From Gemmatimonadales bacterium (GTDB lineage: Bacteria; Gemmatimonadota; Gemmatimonadetes; Gemmatimonadales; GWC2-71-9): 64,000 bases of DNA. Below are positions 55,583-64,000 of this stretch, one piece after another (positions within the stretch are counted from its first letter, which is position 1; each line of letters opens with the position of its first letter). Made by a program: the position numbers and the translations under genes. The notes below the pieces were generated by a model. It searched no databases. It had not been told where the DNA came from and was given only the letters and a program-made list of their open reading frames with translations. The DNA is taken from positions 22,219-86,218 of the forward strand of contig JBFGDF010000001.1 of assembly GCA_041580775.1 (NCBI GenBank), given 5' to 3'.

Positions 55583-55744
55583 GGGAAGAACCGCCGTGAT
55601 GCTGGTGAGGGTCGACCGGTCGAGATCCCAAATGTATCCGGCATGAGCCGTGCCCGCGACACACTCGGCCGTGTCACCGCGTGTTGTCCGCGGGCGGCCA
55701 CGCGGGTACGTTTTCCGCGTATCCCGCTTCGAGGTCATGGCCGC

Positions 55745-57388
55745 ATGTCGCCCCACCGCTCGTGGATCCTTCCGTTCACCGTCGCCCTCCTCGTCCTTCC
55801 CGCGCCGGTTGGTGCGCAGGACTCGGCTCACGCCGCGGTGGACAGCTGGAAGCGCGGTGCGGTGTGTTACGAGGTCTTCGTCCGCTCGTTCTTCGACAGC
55901 GACGGAGACGGGATCGGCGACCTGAACGGGCTCACGGCCAAGCTCGACTACATCAACGACGGCGATCCTGGCACGGCCAGCGACCTAGGGGCCCGGTGCG
56001 TCTGGCTCATGCCGGTGGCGGAGTCGCCGAGCTATCACGGTTACGACGTAACGGACTACTACCGCATCGAGCGCGACTACGGCACCAACGACGACTTCAA
56101 GCGCTTCGTGGCCGAGGCGCACCGGCGCGGCATCCGGGTGCTGGTGGACCTCGTGCTGAACCATGCGTCGAGCGAACACCCGTACTTCCAGGAGGCGCTG
56201 CGGGATTCCGCCTCGCCATATCGGAGCTGGTTCCTCTGGTCGCCGACGCACCCGGGGGTCAAGAACCCCTGGGGCGGCGACAACTGGCACCGCTCCCCCG
56301 TGCGGGACGAGTACTACTACGGGTTCTTCTGGGGCGGCATGCCGGACCTGAATTACGAGACCCCCGCGGTCCTGGAGGAGGCGAAGAAGGTCGCCACCTT
56401 CTGGCTGACCGAGCTGGGCGTGGACGGATTCCGGCTCGATGCTGTGAAGCACCTGGTGGAGCTGGAGCAGGGCCGGATCGTCGAGCACGTCCCGGCGACC
56501 CACGCCGCCCTGCGAGCGTTCGCCGCGCACGTCCGGCGCGTGGCCCCCGCGGCATTCACCATCGGCGAGGTGTGGGACAGCATCGGCGCGATGCTGCGGT
56601 ACTATCCGGATCAGCTGGACGCCTATTTTGCCTTCGAGGCGTCGGACGCGATCGTGGAGTCCGTCCGCTTGGGGTCGGCGCAGTCCCTGCTGGGTCCGTT
56701 TCTGCGGCTCCAACGCGAGCTGCCCGCCGAGCGCTGGGCACCGTTCCTCAAGAACCACGACCAGACCAGAACGCTCACCGCGCTCGGCGGCGATGTCGGG
56801 AAGGCCAGGGTGGCGGCCACATTGCTGCTCACGCTGCCCGGGCTGCCGTTCGTCTACTACGGCGAGGAGATCGGCATGACCGGCGACAAGCCCGACCCCC
56901 GGCTGCGGACGCCGATGCAGTGGGCCCCCGAGCGGGGCGCCGGCTTTACCGAAGGCCAGGCGTGGGAGCCGCTCCAGCCGGACTCGCTCACCACGAACGT
57001 CGCGCTGCAACACGCCGACCCGGCCTCGTTGCTCAACCGGTATCGCCGACTCATCCACCTGCGGGGCACCAACGCGGCCCTGGCCGGCGGCGAGCTGATC
57101 CCGCTCCGCGCGAGCAACGATGCCGTCGCCGCCTACCTGCGGCGCGACGGCGAGGGCGCGGTGCTGGTGGTCGCCAACCTCGGGACCGCCCCCATCGTGA
57201 ACGCGCACCTCACGTCATCGGACGGCGTCCTGCCGGCGGGACGGTACCGGGCGACCAGCCTGCTTGACGGGCCGGCCGGGACACCGCTCCAGGTCGGACG
57301 GGGCGGCCGGATTCACGCCTACGTGCCGGTCGTGTCCCTGCGCCCACTCGAGAGTCAGGTGTTCGAATTGACCGTGGAGGGACGGTGA
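55745..57388 (+). CDS. Secreted GH13 alpha-amylase-family enzyme
   Basis: Signal peptide MSPHRSWILPFTVALLVLPAPVGAQ. YEVFVRSFFDSDGDGIGDL, HGYDVTDY, VLVDLVLNHAS, GFRLDAVKH and FLKNHD blocks. Confidence 0.85.
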   Translation: MSPHRSWILPFTVALLVLPAPVGAQDSAHAAVDSWKRGAVCYEVFVRSFFDSDGDGIGDLNGLTAKLDYINDGDPGTASDLGARCVWLMPVAESPSYHGYDVTDYYRIERDYGTNDDFKRFVAEAHRRGIRVLVDLVLNHASSEHPYFQEALRDSASPYRSWFLWSPTHPGVKNPWGGDNWHRSPVRDEYYYGFFWGGMPDLNYETPAVLEEAKKVATFWLTELGVDGFRLDAVKHLVELEQGRIVEHVPATHAALRAFAAHVRRVAPAAFTIGEVWDSIGAMLRYYPDQLDAYFAFEASDAIVESVRLGSAQSLLGPFLRLQRELPAERWAPFLKNHDQTRTLTALGGDVGKARVAATLLLTLPGLPFVYYGEEIGMTGDKPDPRLRTPMQWAPERGAGFTEGQAWEPLQPDSLTTNVALQHADPASLLNRYRRLIHLRGTNAALAGGELIPLRASNDAVAAYLRRDGEGAVLVVANLGTAPIVNAHLTSSDGVLPAGRYRATSLLDGPAGTPLQVGRGGRIHAYVPVVSLRPLESQVFELTVEGR

Positions 57389-57389
57389 G

Positions 57390-59420
57390 ATGATCCCGAC
57401 CCTCCCCACGTCCGCCTCCACCCCAACCCACCGACGGACTACGACTATGCCTCGCATCACCGCTGAGCTGCGGGTTTCCAGCCTGCTCGCCCTCATCCTG
57501 CTCCCCGCCTGCGCCGGCCCTGGCGACGCGCCCGAATCGGTCACCTGGCCCCGCATCACCAGCCGTGTCCCGGTCGATGCCGCGCTCGAACGCCGCGTGG
57601 ACTCGATCCTGGCGCGCCTCACGCTGGAACAGAAGGTCGGGCAGATGGTCCAGGGCGAGATCCAGAGCGTCACGCCGGCGGACCTCCGGCAGTACCATCT
57701 GGGTTCGGTGCTGAACGGGGGCGGGTCGTTCCCCAACAAGGTCAAGCGCTCGCGTGTGGCGGACTGGGTGGCGTTGGCCGACGCGTACTACGATGCCTCG
57801 ATGGACACGGCCCAGGGCGGCGCGGGGATCCCGGTGATCTGGGGCATCGACGCCGTCCACGGACACAACAACGTCATCGGCGCCACGCTGTTCCCCCAGA
57901 ACATCGCCCTGGGGGCCACCCGCAACCCGGACCTGATCCAGCGGATCGGCGAAATCACGGCGCTGGAGGTCCTGGCCACGGGCATCGATTGGACGTTCGC
58001 CCCTACGCTCGCCGTGGTGCGGGACGACCGCTGGGGCCGCACCTACGAGGGCTACTCGGAAGACCCCGAGATCGTGCGGGAGTATGCGGGCCGCATGATC
58101 ACGGGGCTCCAGGGGCGAGCGGGCACGCCGGACTTCCTGAGCGCGTCGCACGTCGTGGCGACGGCCAAGCACTACCTGGGTGACGGTGGCACCGATCGCG
58201 GCGACGATCAGGGAGACAACCTCTCCACCGAACAGCAGCTCCTGGACATCCACGCGCAGGGTTACCTCACGGCGCTGGAAGCCGGCGCCCAGACCGTCAT
58301 GGCGTCGTTCAACAGCTGGCGCGGCGAGAAAGTGCATGGCAGTCGCTACCTGCTCACCGAGGTCCTCAAAGAACGGCTGGGATTCGACGGCTTCGTGATC
58401 GGAGACTGGAACGGCCACGCGCAGGTGCCGGGGTGCAGCAATCAATCGTGTCCCCTGGCCATCAATGCCGGTGTGGACATGATCATGGTGCCGGAGGATT
58501 GGCAGGCCTTGCGCACGAATACCCTGGCGCAGGTCCGGTCAGGCGAGATCACCGAATCGCGGGTCGACGAGGCGGTGCGGCGCATCCTGCGCGTCAAGCT
58601 GCGAACCGGGCTGTTCGCCAGGGGGCGTCCGTCGTCCCGCCCGCATGCGGGCGATACATCGCTGATCGGGGCGCCACGCCACCGGGAGGTGGCGCGTCAG
58701 GCGGTGCGCGAGTCCATGGTCCTGCTCAAGAACCGGGGCGGGCTGCTGCCGCTGCGCCGCGACCAGCACGTGCTGGTCGCCGGGGACGGCGCGGACAACG
58801 TCAGCAAGCAGTCCGGGGGATGGTCGATCACCTGGCAGGGCACCGAGAACACCAACGCCGATTTCCCCGGCGCGACCTCGATCTGGGCCGGCGTCCGGAC
58901 GACCGTGACCGCCGGTGGCGGCCGAGCGACGCTCAGCGCGGACGGCTCGTTCAGCCGACGGCCGGACGTCGCCATCGTGGTCTTCGGTGAAGACCCCTAC
59001 GCGGAGATGGAAGGCGATCTCGAATCGCTGAGCTACTCGGCGAAGTATCCGGAGGGCCTCGCGCTGCTGCGGCGGCTCAAGGCGCAGAACATCCCCGTCG
59101 TGGCGGTGTTCCTGAGCGGACGGCCGCTGTGGGTCAATCCCGAATTGAACGCCTCCACGGCCTTCGTGGCCGCGTGGCTGCCCGGTACCGAGGGCGGCGG
59201 CGTGGCGGACGTTCTATTCCGCACCGCCGACGGTGCGGTGAACGCCGACTTCAGGGGCACGTTGTCCTACAGCTGGCCGGCCGCGCCGTCTCAGACGCCG
59301 CTCAATCGCGGCGACGCCGATTATCGGCCGCTGTTTCCCTACGGGTTTGGCCTGACGTACGCGACCGCCGACACGCTGAGCGATGCGTTGCCTGAGACCG
59401 ACACGGCCGCGGCGCGCTGA
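57390..59420 (+). CDS. GH3 beta-glucosidase / glucan exo-hydrolase (BglX-like), exported lipoprotein-type signal
   Basis: GIDAVHGHNNV, FAPTLAVVRDDRWGRTYEGYSEDP, KHYLGDGGT and GFVIGDWNGH blocks. GGAGGGA lies 7 nt upstream of ATG 57390. Alternative start is ATG 57447 (MPRITAELRVSSLLALILLPAC). Confidence 0.8.
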   Translation: MIPTLPTSASTPTHRRTTTMPRITAELRVSSLLALILLPACAGPGDAPESVTWPRITSRVPVDAALERRVDSILARLTLEQKVGQMVQGEIQSVTPADLRQYHLGSVLNGGGSFPNKVKRSRVADWVALADAYYDASMDTAQGGAGIPVIWGIDAVHGHNNVIGATLFPQNIALGATRNPDLIQRIGEITALEVLATGIDWTFAPTLAVVRDDRWGRTYEGYSEDPEIVREYAGRMITGLQGRAGTPDFLSASHVVATAKHYLGDGGTDRGDDQGDNLSTEQQLLDIHAQGYLTALEAGAQTVMASFNSWRGEKVHGSRYLLTEVLKERLGFDGFVIGDWNGHAQVPGCSNQSCPLAINAGVDMIMVPEDWQALRTNTLAQVRSGEITESRVDEAVRRILRVKLRTGLFARGRPSSRPHAGDTSLIGAPRHREVARQAVRESMVLLKNRGGLLPLRRDQHVLVAGDGADNVSKQSGGWSITWQGTENTNADFPGATSIWAGVRTTVTAGGGRATLSADGSFSRRPDVAIVVFGEDPYAEMEGDLESLSYSAKYPEGLALLRRLKAQNIPVVAVFLSGRPLWVNPELNASTAFVAAWLPGTEGGGVADVLFRTADGAVNADFRGTLSYSWPAAPSQTPLNRGDADYRPLFPYGFGLTYATADTLSDALPETDTAAAR

Positions 59421-59426
59421 CGGACC

Positions 59427-61037
59427 GTGGCGATCGGAGCGCCACCCCCATGGTGGCAGGCCGCTGTCATCTATGAGATCTACGTCCGGAGCTTCCAGGA
59501 CACGACCGGGAACGGCGTCGGCGATCTCCAGGGCATCATCGACCGGTTGCCGTACGTCGCCGGGACGCTCGGCATCGATGCCGTCTGGCTGACGCCGTTC
59601 TACCCGTCCCCGATGGCCGACTTCGGGTACGACGTGTCGGACTATCGTGACGTGCATCCCCTGTTCGGGGATCTCCCGACGTTCGACCGCCTGGTCGCAC
59701 GGGCCCACGCCCTCGGGCTCAAGGTGCTCGTCGATTTCGTGCCGAGCCATTCGTCCGATCAGCATCCCTGGTTCGAGGAATCGCGCAGCGCTCGCGACCA
59801 TCCGCGCCGCGACTGGTACGTGTGGCGCGATCCCGGGCCGGACGGCGCGGCGCCCAACAACTGGCTCAGCGTGTTCGGCGGATCGGCGTGGGAGCTGGAC
59901 GGGCGGACGGGGCAGTACTACCGCCATTCGTTTCTGAAGGCGCAGCCCGATCTCAACTGGAGGCATCCTGGCCTCCGCGCCGCGATGCTGGACACGATGC
60001 GCTTCTGGCTGGAGCGCGGTGTGGACGGATTCCGGCTGGACGCGGTGCAGTTCCTGCTCAAGGATCCCGCCGAGCGGGACAATCCCCTCAACGACGAGCG
60101 TGCGCCGCCCGCGCACAAGCCGCTGGGCGCGTTCGACTCACAGGTCCACCTGTACGACGTGGCGCACCCCGACATTCACGACATCTTCCGGGACATGCGG
60201 GCTTTGGTGGAGGCCTACGAGCCGCCGCGGATGACGTTGGGCGAAGTGCACGTCTACGACCCAGTGGAGCTGGGGAAGTATTACGGCGCGCGCCTCGATG
60301 GACTGCACATGCCGACCAACTTCGGGCTGTTCAAGGTGCCGTGGACGGCGGCCGGCGTGCGGCGCATCGTGGACGGCATCGAGCGCAGCCTCCCGACCGG
60401 TGCGTGGCCCAACTACAGCCTGGGGAATCATGACGATCCGCGTCTCGCCACCCGCCTCGGCGAGCACGGGAGCCGCCAGGCAGCGGTGCTGCTGCTCACG
60501 TTGCGGGGGACGCCGATCCTCTACTACGGCGACGAGATCGGGATGCGCGAGGCGAGCGTGCCGCTGGACCAACGGCAGGATCCGTGGGGCATCACCGAAC
60601 CGGAGCTGGGCCGCGACGGGTGCCGTACGCCGATGCAGTGGTCGGCGGAGCCCTCCGCCGGGTTCACGCCGACGACCCACCCCTGGCTGCCCGTGAGCGA
60701 CGACTACGCCGAGCGGAACGTGGAGGCGCAGCGGCGCGATCCCGATTCGCTGCTCAACCTGTATCGCCGGTTGCTGGCCTTGCGGCGGCGCTCGGCGGCG
60801 CTCCAGACGGGGACGTATCGCCCGGTGGATCCGGTCCCCGACGATTGCCTCGTGTTCCAGCGATCCCGCGGCGCCGAGCGGGCGCTCGTGGCGGTGAACT
60901 TCGCGGCCGAACCGCGGGCGGTCGAGGTCGGAGGATCCACCGGCCGGATCGCGGTGTCCACCCACCGGGCGCGTGAGGGACGTGAGATCAGGGATGGGAT
61001 CCGCCTCCAGCCGCACGAAGCGCTGGTGATCGCCTGA
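59427..61037 (+). CDS. GH13 alpha-glucosidase / oligo-1,6-glucosidase-type enzyme (cytoplasmic)
   Basis: WWQAAVIYEIYVRSFQDTTGNGVGDLQG, DFGYDVSDY, VLVDFVPSHSS, GFRLDAVQF and GNHD blocks. GTG start. Confidence 0.85.
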   Translation: MAIGAPPPWWQAAVIYEIYVRSFQDTTGNGVGDLQGIIDRLPYVAGTLGIDAVWLTPFYPSPMADFGYDVSDYRDVHPLFGDLPTFDRLVARAHALGLKVLVDFVPSHSSDQHPWFEESRSARDHPRRDWYVWRDPGPDGAAPNNWLSVFGGSAWELDGRTGQYYRHSFLKAQPDLNWRHPGLRAAMLDTMRFWLERGVDGFRLDAVQFLLKDPAERDNPLNDERAPPAHKPLGAFDSQVHLYDVAHPDIHDIFRDMRALVEAYEPPRMTLGEVHVYDPVELGKYYGARLDGLHMPTNFGLFKVPWTAAGVRRIVDGIERSLPTGAWPNYSLGNHDDPRLATRLGEHGSRQAAVLLLTLRGTPILYYGDEIGMREASVPLDQRQDPWGITEPELGRDGCRTPMQWSAEPSAGFTPTTHPWLPVSDDYAERNVEAQRRDPDSLLNLYRRLLALRRRSAALQTGTYRPVDPVPDDCLVFQRSRGAERALVAVNFAAEPRAVEVGGSTGRIAVSTHRAREGREIRDGIRLQPHEALVIA

Positions 61038-61124
61038 TACCCACCCATCGCGAGCGCGTGCGGCGATATCGTGGATGGAGCGCGAGCAACACGGCCAGCC
61101 ATGACTCGCCGCACGTAGGGCACG

Positions 61125-62105
61125 ATGCCGGCTAACCTCACGCCCGCCTATCGCGAAGCCGAAGCGCGGTACCGGAGCGCCGTGACCCGCGAGGAGAAGA
61201 TCGCGGGCCTCGAGGAGATGCTCCGGGTCATTCCCCGGCACAAGGGCACGGAGAAGCTCCAGGCCGACCTGCGCACCCGTCTCTCGAAGCTGAAGCGCGA
61301 GCCAAAGAAGAAGGGCCCTAAGGGGCACAGTCACAAGATTCCCCGGGAGGGCGCCGGCCAGATCGTCCTGGTCGGCCCGCCGAACGCCGGGAAGTCCAGC
61401 CTCGTGACCGCGCTCACGCACGCCACCCCCACGGTCGCGGACTACCCGCTCACGACGCGGGACGCCACCCCCGGCATGATGCCCTACGAAGACATCGCCT
61501 TGCAGCTCGTGGATCTGCCCCCGCTCTGCGAGGAGCATGTGGAGCCGTGGGTCTACGATCTGGTGCGCGGGTGTGACCTCGTGTGGCTCGTGCTCTCGAT
61601 CGCGCATCCGCTCGTCGGGCTCGAGCTGGCCACCGCGCTTCTCACGGCAAAGGCCGTGGGGCTCTTTCCGGCAGGGAGCGCGGCGCCGGACGACGGACGT
61701 GCGGGATGGCGCTACCGGCCGGCCTTGCTGGTCGTCACCGGGATGGACCGCCCCGGTGCCGACGCGGACCTCGAAGCACTCCGGGAGCTACAGGACATCC
61801 CGTGGCCGACCGTGCCCGTTTCCTGCGTGACCCGCCGCGGACTCGACGAGCTGGGGCAGCGGAGCTTCGCCGCGCTGCGAATCATTCGGGTCTACACCAA
61901 GGAGCCCAGAGAGGACCCGGACCGCGAGCGCCCGTTCACGCTGCCGCAGGGGTCCACCGTCGGCGACCTCGCGCGGACGATTCACCAGGACGTGGCCGCC
62001 AGCATGAAGTTCGCCCGAGTCTGGGGCCCGAGTGCGTATGACGGGCAGTCGGTCCACGCGGCGCACGTGCTGGAGGAAGGGGACGTCGTGGAGATTCACT
62101 TCTGA
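61125..62105 (+). CDS. DRG/Rbg-like Obg-family GTPase with C-terminal TGS domain
   Basis: N-terminal helical region ending LQADLRTRLSKLKRE. G1 motif GPPNAGKS. TGS domain RVYTKEPREDPDRERPFTLPQGSTVGDLARTIHQDV...KFARVWGPSAYDGQSV...EGDVVEI. Confidence 0.75.
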   Translation: MPANLTPAYREAEARYRSAVTREEKIAGLEEMLRVIPRHKGTEKLQADLRTRLSKLKREPKKKGPKGHSHKIPREGAGQIVLVGPPNAGKSSLVTALTHATPTVADYPLTTRDATPGMMPYEDIALQLVDLPPLCEEHVEPWVYDLVRGCDLVWLVLSIAHPLVGLELATALLTAKAVGLFPAGSAAPDDGRAGWRYRPALLVVTGMDRPGADADLEALRELQDIPWPTVPVSCVTRRGLDELGQRSFAALRIIRVYTKEPREDPDRERPFTLPQGSTVGDLARTIHQDVAASMKFARVWGPSAYDGQSVHAAHVLEEGDVVEIHF

Positions 62106-62132
62106 AGGCGGGGTCGAAGGCCGCGCCGCCCG

Positions 62133-63020
62133 TCAGTTCCCTCTCACACCGATTCCCACGAGATCCCCGGCCGACAGGTCGGGCATGGCCCCCGTCCGAC
62201 TCGCGACGAGCGCCGCGTACCGGTTCGCGGTAGCCAGCGTCTCCGCCGGCGTGGCACCGCGCACCAACTGGTGCGCCAGCGCCGCCGTGAACGCGTCACC
62301 CGCGCCCACCGCGTCCCCCGCCGACGTGTCGATCTCCACACCAGGCGCGGAGACCGTGCCCTGCCGCGTGGTGAGCGAGGCACCGTCCTTCCCCCGCGTG
62401 ACGCACACGGCGGTGACGCCCACCTCACCCAACAGCCAGGGCAGCAGGGTCGGCCGCCCGAGTAGCGCCGCAAGTCGATCGACCTCCGTCTCGTTCAGCT
62501 TGATGACGTCGGCGAGGCGGCAGGTGGCGTCCAGGACATCGCGATCGACGAAGGGAGGCCGGAGGTTCCCGTCGAACACGACGAGCGCGCGGCTCTTCGC
62601 ATCGCCGAGCAGTTGCTGGATGGTCGCCCGGCTCGCATCGCTCCGCTGTGCCAGCGAGCCCACGCACACCGCGTCGGCGGCCTGCACGAACGTCCGGGCC
62701 GCATCGTCCGGCGCGAGGTAATCCCAGGCCACCGGTTCGGGGATCGTGTAGCGCGGCTCGCCAGCGGCGAGCGTCACGTGCACCGTGCCGGTGGGGTGCG
62801 TGGCGTCGCGTTGCACCAGGCCGGTTTCCACCCCGCGGTCCCGGAGAAACCTGACCAGCTCGTCACCGAGCGTATCGGTGCCGACGCGCGTGACGATGGC
62901 GCCGCGGTCGCCGAGGCGGGCGGCGTGGAACGCCACGTTGCACGGCGCTCCGCCCGGGAGGCGCCGATCGGGGAACACGTCCCACAGCGCCTCACCGATG
63001 GCGACGATCGTCTTCCGCAT
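62133..63020 (-). CDS. PfkB-family carbohydrate kinase (fructokinase-like)
   Basis: IGEALWDVFP...PGGAPCNVA at the N-terminus and DAVGAGDAFTAAL near the C-terminus. Confidence 0.8.
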   Translation of the reverse strand: MRKTIVAIGEALWDVFPDRRLPGGAPCNVAFHAARLGDRGAIVTRVGTDTLGDELVRFLRDRGVETGLVQRDATHPTGTVHVTLAAGEPRYTIPEPVAWDYLAPDDAARTFVQAADAVCVGSLAQRSDASRATIQQLLGDAKSRALVVFDGNLRPPFVDRDVLDATCRLADVIKLNETEVDRLAALLGRPTLLPWLLGEVGVTAVCVTRGKDGASLTTRQGTVSAPGVEIDTSAGDAVGAGDAFTAALAHQLVRGATPAETLATANRYAALVASRTGAMPDLSAGDLVGIGVRGN

Positions 63021-63041
63021 CCGCAGGGTGGACCCGCATCC

Positions 63042-64000
63042 TCACCACCACGCGATGACGAACAGCGCAATCACGACCAGCATGGCGACCGACTGGTACC
63101 GGTAGTTCTTGTACCAGGGCAGCAGCGCCAGGGCCGGCGTCTCTTCCGCCAGGAGGGCCGGGGACCACGTCAGCGTCCGCACGACCTCCGCAGGGGGCTT
63201 GGCCGTGGCGAGGCTCACCACCGCCATCGCCAGGAGCGAAATCGCCAACAGGATCGGCGCCAGATACAGAAAGTGGATCACCGGCGTGCCGGCCTGTGCC
63301 ATCTGCAGCTGTTCCGGCGACAGCGCGTGGGTCTGGACGATGATCGAGCGCGAGAGCGCGAGTCCGAAGATGACGGCCGCCGCGAGATGGCCAGCCACGA
63401 GGGCGGCGAGCGCGCCGTTCCCGTTGGCGCGTTTCCAGAACACGCCCCCAAAGAAGCACGCCACGATGGGCGGCGCCAAGTAGGCCAGCATCTGCTGCAG
63501 GTACGTCCAGATGTTCGGGAACTTGACGATCTGCGGCGCCCACAGGATGGCCAGTCCCATGAACACGAAGGTCACGACGCGGCCGGCGATGACGAGGGCC
63601 CGATTGGACGCCCGGGGCTTGAGTTTCTTGATGAAGTCCATCGTGACGAGGGTGGAGGCGGAATTCAGCGTCGAGTCCACGCTCGACATGATCGCCGCCA
63701 CCAACGCGGTCATGATGAGCCCCCGGACACCCACGGGCAGCAGGTCGAACATCAGCGTCGGGAAGATCAGATCCGTGTTCTCGGCCAGGCGCGGGTACTC
63801 GGCGGCCGGATAGAGCAGCCGCCCGAAGATGCCCGGCAGCACCATGATGAAGATGACGGGGAGTTTGAGCAGGCCCGCGAACAGCGCGCCCCAGCGGCCA
63901 TGATTCAAATCCTTTGCGGCGAGCGTGCGCTGCACCATGAACTGATTGGTCCCCCAGAAGTAGAACCCCAGGAGGAAGACCCCGGTGACCAGCCCCGGCC
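63042..64000 (-). CDS. Sodium:solute symporter (SSS/SGLT family), 5' end outside the window
   Basis: FMVQRTLAAKDLNHGRWGALFAGLLKLPVIFIMVLPG and further TM segments. The reading frame stays open up to the window end. Confidence 0.8.
   Translation of the reverse strand, partial: PGLVTGVFLLGFYFWGTNQFMVQRTLAAKDLNHGRWGALFAGLLKLPVIFIMVLPGIFGRLLYPAAEYPRLAENTDLIFPTLMFDLLPVGVRGLIMTALVAAIMSSVDSTLNSASTLVTMDFIKKLKPRASNRALVIAGRVVTFVFMGLAILWAPQIVKFPNIWTYLQQMLAYLAPPIVACFFGGVFWKRANGNGALAALVAGHLAAAVIFGLALSRSIIVQTHALSPEQLQMAQAGTPVIHFLYLAPILLAISLLAMAVVSLATAKPPAEVVRTLTWSPALLAEETPALALLPWYKNYRYQSVAMLVVIALFVIAWW

Overview
Very GC-rich bacterial chromosomal segment with about 53 protein genes. By eye I found no rRNA, tRNA, CRISPR array, transposase or integrase. 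The gene content includes three Hanks-type Ser/Thr kinases with TolB-like or TPR sensor domains, a CRTAC1/ASPIC protein, many lipoproteins and secreted peptidases, and leaderless-type promoters. This suggests a Gemmatimonadota- or Acidobacteriota-like soil lineage, which is inference only.

Blocks from left to right:
- (1) An xdhD / ygfK-like / ssnA / CDA-fold deaminase purine-type cluster.
- (2) Peptidases, an FMN reductase, a Rieske oxygenase, two kinases and an ATP-grasp ligase.
- (3) An XRE regulator plus a 329-aa unknown protein, bracketed by octamer-repeat hairpin elements.
- (4) A peptidoglycan-trimming operon: M15 carboxypeptidase, MpaA-like M14 peptidase, fused SpmA/SpmB.
- (5) A RES-Xre toxin-antitoxin pair with an AT-rich promoter/operator.
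- (6) Leu/Phe-type dehydrogenase, a PP2C phosphatase, and an ECF sigma / anti-sigma / LTXXQ operon.
- (7) A sigma-54-type activator with a degenerate receiver and a GAFTDA loop, followed by three tandem paralogous lipoproteins and an internally duplicated TPR protein.
- (8) An SH3b protein, a 102-aa repeat protein and an NTP_transf_5-like protein.
- (9) Two small ORFs plus a DsbB-like protein that has a single CxxC and a large fused C-terminal domain.
- (10) Prolyl oligopeptidase and a TPR kinase.
- (11) A membrane b-type/multiheme c-type cytochrome fusion, a CRTAC1/ASPIC protein and a TPR protein.
- (12) A glycan-utilisation block (GDE_C-like protein, two GH13, one GH3, PfkB kinase, SSS symporter) interrupted by a DRG/Rbg-like GTPase.

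Best candidates for undescribed biology:
- The activator / triplicated-lipoprotein / TPR locus (29738-35561).
- The XRE + 329-aa cassette with its repeat elements (17843-19437).
- The DsbB-like fusion operon (39000-40921).
- The cytochrome-CRTAC1-TPR operon (46918-51678).

All family assignments come from reading motifs by eye. No searches were run.
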